Part shown: positions 46,790-64,000 of the stretch, piece by piece
Layout of the letters: the number at the start of each line of letters is the position of its first letter
Position numbering within the stretch: the stretch's first letter is position 1
DNA from: Callorhinchus milii
Taxonomy: Eukaryota
Direction: 5' to 3'
NCBI RefSeq assembly: GCF_018977255.1
Contig: NW_024704743.1
Location: 88,848,001 to 88,912,000 of the forward strand
DNA length: 64,000 nucleotides
Program-made: the position numbers and the translations under genes
Notes under the pieces: generated by a model
What the model was told of the DNA's origin: nothing
The model's input: only the letters and a program-made list of their open reading frames with translations
The model's database searches: none

Positions 46790-46988
46790 ATACATTTTAT
46801 GTTCTCATCTGCTTGTGATTTGTGTGAAGAAAACTGTGTGCTAAAAGGGTGTAGATATGCTTTCCTTTTACTTATAAAGTTTACTGACTGCATATAGATT
46901 AATCGGTGGAATGTGCCACACATTCTTTCTGATCTGTTGTAACTATACTCTTTGTAATTTACTGCTTTTGTATCTACAGAATTCATAC

Positions 46989-47145
46989 AATAAAGTGTAT
47001 TAATGATTCAGATTACAAGAAATGTGGCATATGAGGCAACTTGCTTTTGTTTCTCTGAATATGAATTAACAGCAATCTAGCACTGAAAGTAGGATTCATA
47101 TTACATGTTCACAAAACTGTTGGAGAATCCTGAAGATTTAATAAA
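46989..47145 (+). terminator. Candidate CALB1 polyadenylation signals (AATAAA at 46989 and 47140)
   Basis: Two AATAAA hexamers 200 and 350 nt after the stop codon; the second is followed by a T/GT-rich stretch (ttttgtgtcattt). Confidence 0.55.
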
Positions 47146-48243
47146 AACACTGAACGTACACACATTTTGTGTCATTTCTATGATTTACATTTGAAATATG
47201 AAAATTAACTGATTTTTCAAAATTCAATCTCTGGCAGAAGAAAGTCCAGGAGGTCCTAGTCTTAATTGAAGATTATTTAACAACAATTTTGAAAACTAAC
47301 TTCAAAATTAAAACTTAAATTAAAATTTACGAATTGTCCAAAATTTGCACATTCAGAAATGCTAAGAAAAAGTCAAACTTGAAACTTTGGTGGATTTTTA
47401 CCCTGTGTTGCTCGAAGAGAACTTCTTGGATATTCATTCATATGTTGGTGAAGGCATTGAGGAAATGTTAAGTGGAATCATGGGGAGATGCTACAAAAAC
47501 AAATAAGGCTAATAAGCATTTACATTACTGCACTTCCCACCGATACCAGATAATAAAACACCTAAAAAGGTTACGATAAGTGGTGAGGTCTACGTAATAT
47601 TAAATAGTGCAGAAGGTTTACATCCACATAATCTGGTATTTTATAATCAATAACATTGAATCCTACTTTGCTCAGACAAACAGCAAGTAATCGGAAGATT
47701 GATATTTAACAACAACTTGCACTTATATAGCGCCCTCCACGCAGGTTAGCGTCTCAGAGCGCTTGATATTTAATCATATAAAAGCAAACTTCAAAATATA
47801 TAAAGGATTATTTTTCATTAGACAAGGCCATACCTGAAAATTACATTGAAGCGAACAATTGTGGCTCCTTTTGAAATTGAAGGAACAGCATAAATGTGTA
47901 AAGCAATTGTTTGTTATGGATTCAGCTGTTGAAGCAAAGTCCATAACCTTATTTAATGTAACATTATTTCCACCATATCCTTTCAAAATTAAGTGTATAT
48001 TTTCAGAATTTGAATTACATTCGGTCTAGGTTTACACCCTTGGGGAACAAGAAATTGTGTTGACTGAAGTTGCCATTGAAGATTTACATGTACATTGTAG
48101 GTGTACATTTGACAAATTATGATTTCACCAGTAATAAAGCAAAACTGTTTTTGCTTACAAGTACAGTTAGTGCAATAAATCCTGTTTAGTGCTTTTAAGA
48201 CTTTTCAAAGACATGATATAAGGCTCCAAATCAAATGAAAACA

Positions 48244-48249
48244 TTTATT
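48244..48249 (-). terminator. Candidate DECR1 polyadenylation signal
   Basis: TTTATT on + (AATAAA on -) about 140 nt after the DECR1 stop. Confidence 0.55.
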
Positions 48250-48385
48250 AATATTTTTCTATTTTTTAAAAAATCATGATGATGTTCAAAATAAGTCCGG
48301 GCAATTTCACATTATCAACTTAGCAAGTTAAACAGCACTAAAAAAATCATACATTCTGATTGCAATAAGATCCAAACGTCACGAG

Positions 48386-57992
<9,607 letters not shown>

Positions 57993-60454
57993 CTACAACA
58001 GAAACATTACAATGTGAAGCCATATTTTGCTAATGACTATTCCTCTACATGTTAAATGAAAAACAGCAACCAAAGATGGATATTTAATACACTGTTTTAC
58101 TTGCATTGGGATGAGAAAGAAAACAAAAACCCTCTAAATTGCTTTATAAAGAACACTGACCAAAAGCAATGCACGGAACACCAGGTAGGAATTGCATAGC
58201 AATCCTGAGTTAAAGCTCTACTCTTCGTTAAACGTGGACCCCATTTACAGAAAAAAGGTGGAAATGTGCAGCAGATTCATCAGCGTCTAAAACAAGATAA
58301 GTGAAAGTTCCGATCAAGAATCTTCATCTGATGAAGAATCTCATCAATGACATGTGAGCTCATCTGCCTCTTTTAGATAAACCAATTCTATAATGGAAGC
58401 ATATTTCTACATGGGTAATTTTACATTGATGTGTGCTTTTATAAAGATACTAGAATTTGCATTATATGCATTTGCATTATGTAAATCTATAGCCATTTTG
58501 CAGTATATCCTGTGAAGCACTTTGAGACATCCGCCCAACGTGAAAGATGTTGTAACAAATGTAAGTTTTATTATTCCATTAAAAATCAAACTATCATATT
58601 GTGGAAGGTTAAAGCCTTGCCTTCAAAGCCAACGTTAAATGTCAATGCAATGATCCCTCATTTTTCCAGAGGACAATACATTTTATAATATCTGAAATGT
58701 GACACTGCTAGTGTATTCTTATCCAGCTGATTTTTTTTATTATTATTATTTTCAGTTTCTTTAATTCAAACATTTAGCTGAAAGTCACCTACATCTTTCC
58801 AAAGGTTAACAAGTTTTAAACTTATAACTTTTGACATGTAATATACTTTGATCTTGTTTAGCATATTGTAAAATGTTTCTATTAAACTGATCAATTTTCA
58901 ATTTCTGATATTCAATTTCAAAAACATGTAACATATGAAATATTTAGGTGTAAAAACAAAATTCAATAATTGCCTTGGTGCTTATTGTATAAAATGAGGC
59001 TAATTGGGCAGAATTCTGTAAATCCTGCAAAAATGCTCAATGTGCAGGATTTCTTGTGTATCACTGGCCAGGGTTAGAATAGGAGCTTAATTAATATAAC
59101 AACAACTTACATTTATAGCGACCTTCACACAGGATAGTGTCTCAAACAACTGAGCCCCACCTCTAGTCAGACAATAAGATGACTATAATGTTATGGTGAC
59201 GTAAGAGCATTAGCCTGTTGTCATGCATAAGACCATTTTGCAGGAGGTAAAGCAATGGAATTACTTTCGCATTTTCAGCCAGGCAAAAAAAAAGAAAAAC
59301 AAACCTTTAGGCAAGCCTCTGTGTATCATATGAAATGGATCGCTTTCAAAGAAATTTTAACTGATCATTACAGTACATAGCTAACAGTAGGCTGTGCAGC
59401 CATTCCCATCCCCCTCCTTCCACACACTGATTGATTGATTCATACATACAACTCCACATGGCATACATATCTGGAAACTGTGGTATAGTCATTTCAGCAG
59501 TTGGGATGTTGTCAATAGGAAGTATAAAATCAGGCTATCCATAGCACTGCTGCTATTTGGTAACGCTCAATATCTCTAGTTTCGCGGGGAACCTTTGACT
59601 TGTACATTGGTTACTTGAATAGATCTATTATAATAATAATCCTTATATTTGATACAGCCCTTTTTGTGCCTGGAGGACATCCCTAAGCGCATTACCGGAT
59701 ATACTGTAAAGTGGAGTGACTGGGTAGTTGTGGGTTTCGTTGTTGATCCATGCTTGTATAAATGCAGTTGTATAAATAATTTTATAATCAGCAGCAGCAT
59801 TACTTAAAAGCTATCTTACCAAGAAAGGTTCAAAACAGTGTAGTTGTGAAAAGATTTGTAAAGTACTATGCACATAAGAGAAACATATGATAAATGATTT
59901 GTGCTGGCTTACAACTGAAACAAATTAAAATTATCTGACAAATACTTGCGATTGTTATGAGTTTCCTGCCAGAAGTCAAACAACATGCCCAGCCTACGTT
60001 TTCCATATTCTCCCAAGTCTATGCTTAAGATTTTGGTAGTCTCTGTTTGGCCTTTAATTTTGATCTACACAAGATTGATCTTGTTAGATGCCTATTTGCT
60101 TTTAGACTCAGGTACATTTTCACATTCCTCAAAATGTTCTTTGGTTTTAATTTCCCAATTTGTTTCTCACTTGATACCCCTGAGTTAATAAAGTTAGATC
60201 TAGTTAATAAAGTTAGATCTAGGAGTCCCATAGTTCAGTGGTTAGAGCACTCGCCTCGCAAGCGAGAGATCTGGGTTCAATTTCCGGCAGGGCAAAATCT
60301 TGGGCAAGTTTCCTTACTCTACGTGCCTGATAATAAGGGTGGGGGGGGGGGGGGGGGGGGGGGGGGCGGGAAGGCTCCAACTACAGTTAGAAGTAAATCA
60401 GCAAAACTAAGAACGATGGAGGTAGTAGAGCAGATTAGATTATTATAATAGATC

Positions 60455-61843
60455 TATTCAAGTCAGGTTTCCGTGCTGCTCATAGCACAGAAACTGCCCT
60501 GGTCAAGGTCACCAATGATATCCTGACTATCTGTGACCAGGGCTCCCTCTGTCTCCTCGTCCTCCTCGACCTATCGGCAGCATTCGATACGGTCGACCAC
60601 GCTATCCTACTCCACCGCTTGTCCTCCCACCTCAACCTTCAAGGCACTGTCCTTGAATGGTTTAGCTCTTACCTTTCCCACCGTCTTCACTTCGTCTCAA
60701 CGAATGGCTTCTCCTCCACCCCCCGTACTGTCTCATGTGGTGTCCCTCAGGGCTCTGTCCTCGGTCCCCTCCTCTTCACCCTCTATATGCTCCCCCTTCG
60801 GTGACATCATCCGCAAACATGGGGTTAACTTCCACATGTATGCGGATGACACCCAACTCTACCTTTCCTCCTCTACTCTCAACTCCACGACCACCGATGT
60901 CCTGACAGTCTGCCTGTCCGACATCGAGTCCTGGACGAGAGACAACTTTCTTCAGCTCAACGTGCGAAAAACCGAGGCCCTCCTGATTGGCTCACGTCAG
61001 CGCCTCCGCACCTCAGGCGCTGACACCATCAGCATCCAAGGCTGCACTCTCCACCTCTCAAAGCCAGTCAGGAACCTCGGCGTTTTGTTCGACCCTGAGC
61101 TGTCCTTTCTCCCTCACATCCGCACCACAACTGGCACCGCCTTCCATCACCTCCGGAATATCGCCAGATTACGGCACTACCTCACCCCTCACGCCGCTGA
61201 AACCCTGGTTCACGCCTTTGTCACCTCAAGGCTGGACTATGGGAACTCTCTCCTCGCCGGCCTTCCCGACACCTCCCTCCACAAGCTGCAGGTCATTCAG
61301 AACTCTGCAGCTCGTGTACTGTCCCGCACCAGGCTTCGGGACCACATCACTCCCACCCTCGCTCGCCTCCACTGGCTCCCCATCCCCAGAGGATTGATTT
61401 CAAGATCCTCATCCTCACCTACAAGGCCATTCACGGCCTTGCTCCCTCCTACCTCTCCAACCTACTATCCCCCTACCTACCTGCCCGTACCCTCCGTTCC
61501 TCTGGCTCCGGTCTGCTCCACGTCCCCCGCCCCAACCGCCCTACTATCGGTGGTCGGGCCTTCAGCCTCTCAGCCCCGAGGCTCTGGAACTCCATCCCCC
61601 AGTGCCTTCGCCTTGCTTCCTCCCTTTCCTCCTTCAAGGCCGGTCTCAAAACCTTTCTCTTTGACCGTGCCTTCAGCTCCCCTCTCGACTCTCTTCCTCC
61701 TCCTCGCTCCCTCCCTTCCCTCCCCTCACCCTGACCATTTCCCCCCTGCTCGGGTCATGACCCAACTGTGCAGCGCCTTGGGACGTCCTCCTGACGTGAA
61801 AGGCGCTCTATAAATGGAATCTTGTTGTTGTTGTTGTTGTTGT
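60455..61843 (+). mobile_element. L2 LINE 3' portion (subfamily B), well preserved, frameshifted
   Basis: [37 protein letters not shown] and LHWLP motifs; (TTG)n tail. Confidence 0.95.
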
Positions 61844-61929
61844 AGAGAGGGAGATAAACACAGTGTGTCAAGGAGGGACAAGAAGCTCAGAAAAAAAGGG
61901 CATTAGTGAGTAGGGGAAATAGCAAGAAG

Positions 61930-64000
61930 TCAAAATTAAAGGTTCTATATCTGAATGCACGAAGCATTCGTAATAAGATAGATGAATTAATGGCACAAAT
62001 AGAAACAAATGGGTATGATCTAGTAGCCTTTACTGAGACGTGGTTACAGGGGGATCAAGGGTGGGAGCTAAATATTCCCGCGTAGTTGGCATATAGGAAA
62101 GATAGGCAATGTGGAAAACGAGGTGGGGGGGTAGTCCTGCTAATAAAGGAAGGGATAAAAACAGTAGAGAGAAAAGATTTTAAATCAGAAACTCAGGATG
62201 TAGAGTCAGTATGGGTGGAATTACGAAATAACAAGGGGCAGAAAATACTAGTTGGGAGTAGTTTATAGACCCCCGAACAGCAGTAACAGTATTGCGCAGA
62301 GTATTAACCAGGAAATTAGAGAAGCATGTAGCAAAGGAAATACACTAATAGTGAGTGATGTTAATCTTCATATAAATTGGGAAAACTAAATTGGCAAAAG
62401 TAAGTTAGAGGAGGAGTTTATAGAATGCATTAGAGATAGTTTTCTAGATCAGTATGCTGAGGAACCAACCAGGGAATAGGCTATCCTAGATCTTGTTTTA
62501 TGTAATGAAATAGGGGTAATCAGCAATCTGGAAGTTAAGACTCCTCTAGGGCAGAGTGGCCATAACATGATGGAATTTAACATTAAGTTAGAGAGTGATG
62601 TGGTTAAATCCGAAGCAAGGGTCTTAAATTTAAATAGAGCCAACTTTATGGTATGAGCGAGGATTTAGCTAAAATAGACTGAGGAATTAGATTAAAGGAT
62701 ATGACAGTAGACCAGCAATGGCAAACCTTTAAAGATATAGTACATAATTCCCAGCGATCACATATTCCCTTGAGGAATAAAATACCACAGGAAAAGTGGT
62801 TCAACTATGGCTAAATAGAGCAGTTAGGGAAAATATAAAATTAAAAGAAGAGACCTATAATACTGCCAAAAAGAGTAGTAAACCCAAGGATTGGGAGGAC
62901 TTCAGAGACCAACGAAGACTAAGAAATTGATTAGGAGAGAGAAAATAGATTATGAGGGCAAACTAGCTAGGAACATAAAGACAGACTGGAAGAGACTAGC
63001 AAAAGTGAATGTGGGTACATTACAGGCAGAGACAGGAGGAATCATAATGGAGAATAAAGATATGGCACAGTCATTAAACAAATACTTTGCTTCTGTCTTC
63101 ACATTAGAAGACACAGAAAACTTACCAAAAATAGAGGGGAACCAAGAAGCTAATGTTAGTGAGCAACTTAGGGAAATTAACATCAGTAAAGAATTAGTAG
63201 TAGGGAAACTGTTGGGATTGAAAAATTACAAATCCCCTGGACCTGATGGCCTGCATCTTAGGGTTTTAAAAGAGGCAGCTGCTGAGATAGCGGATGCCTT
63301 GTTTTTGATCTTCCCATTGATTGGAAGATCGCAAACATAACACTACTATTTAAGAAGGGTGGGAGAGAGAAGATGGGGAACTATTGACCAGTCCAGTCTG
63401 ACATCGGTGGTAAGGAAAATTCTAGAATCCTTAATTAGGGACGTCGTAGTGGGGTACTTAGAAGACCATAACATGATTAGGCAGAGTCAACATGGCTTTA
63501 CAAAAGGGAAGTCATGCTTACCAAATCTTTTAGAGTTTTTTGAGGATGTAACGAGCAGGTTAGATAGGACGGAGCTAGTAGATGTAATATATTTAGATTT
63601 TCAGAAGGCATTCGACAAGGTGATACATAAAAGGCTGCTACACAAGATTAGGGCACATGGAATTAGAGGCAATATATTAGCATCCTCGGCGGCCCTGCCT
63701 TCAGCCACTATTCCCCAAGGCTCTGGAACTGCCTTCCTCACTCCCTTCGTCTCACTCCCTCCCTTCCCATTTTCAGGTCTCTACTGAAGACCTTTCTTTT
63801 CGACCGCGCCTTTGGTCACCTTCCCACCCCTCCCCCTGGCTCAGTCCCAGGACTGAGACGCCATCCGGCGTGGAGGGCGCTATATAAATCCAAGTTGTTG
63901 TTGCAGCATGGATCGAAGAGTGGCTAACGGGAAGAAAACAGAGAGTAGGGATAAACAGGTCCTTCTCAGATTGGTGGGATGTGACAAGTGGAGTGCCACA
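61930..64000 (+). mobile_element. CR1 LINE ORF2 relic (endonuclease plus RT), interrupted by an L2 3' end at 63684-63904
   Basis: YLNARSIRNK, TETWL, RGGGV, KSPGPDG, QHGFTKGKSC and LDFQKAFDKV motifs with stops and frameshifts; same family as 1371-2710. Confidence 0.93.

Noticed and set aside
60533..61813. 426-aa ORF as an active reverse transcriptase or host gene
   Set aside because: A 5'-truncated L2 with frameshifts; only the central part of the ORF is in the RT frame and no endonuclease is attached.
57993..64000. Upstream DECR1 exons (GGGTGLG Rossmann motif, targeting peptide)
   Set aside because: Not found by eye on the minus strand; they probably lie beyond the window.

Overview
This is eukaryotic (vertebrate) genomic DNA. 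The CR1/L2/DeuSINE repeat landscape suggests a cartilaginous fish, which is an inference. Two spliced genes face each other. (1) A complete 11-exon calbindin-D28k gene (CALB1, + strand, ATG 16963, TAA 46787-46789) that splices through canonical GT-AG introns to a 263-aa six-EF-hand protein. (2) The last seven coding exons of mitochondrial 2,4-dienoyl-CoA reductase (DECR1, - strand, 57992 down to 48386); its 5' exons were not found in the window. This tail-to-tail arrangement matches the known vertebrate synteny. The rest is AT-rich intergenic and intronic DNA packed with dead CR1 and L2 LINE fragments, tRNA-derived DeuSINE-type SINEs, MITE-like inverted repeats and simple repeats around the CALB1 CpG island. 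Most ORFs in the supplied track are spurious or LINE relics. I found no clearly new biological system. The best leads are the altered EF-hand 1/2 loops and calretinin-like middle of this calbindin, an inverted L2 pair that could circularise exons 4-5 into a stop-free circle, a 92-bp inverted-repeat pair with TTAA ends in intron 5, and an isolated 83-nt near-perfect hairpin. Comparisons with human proteins and repeat families are from memory, not from searches.
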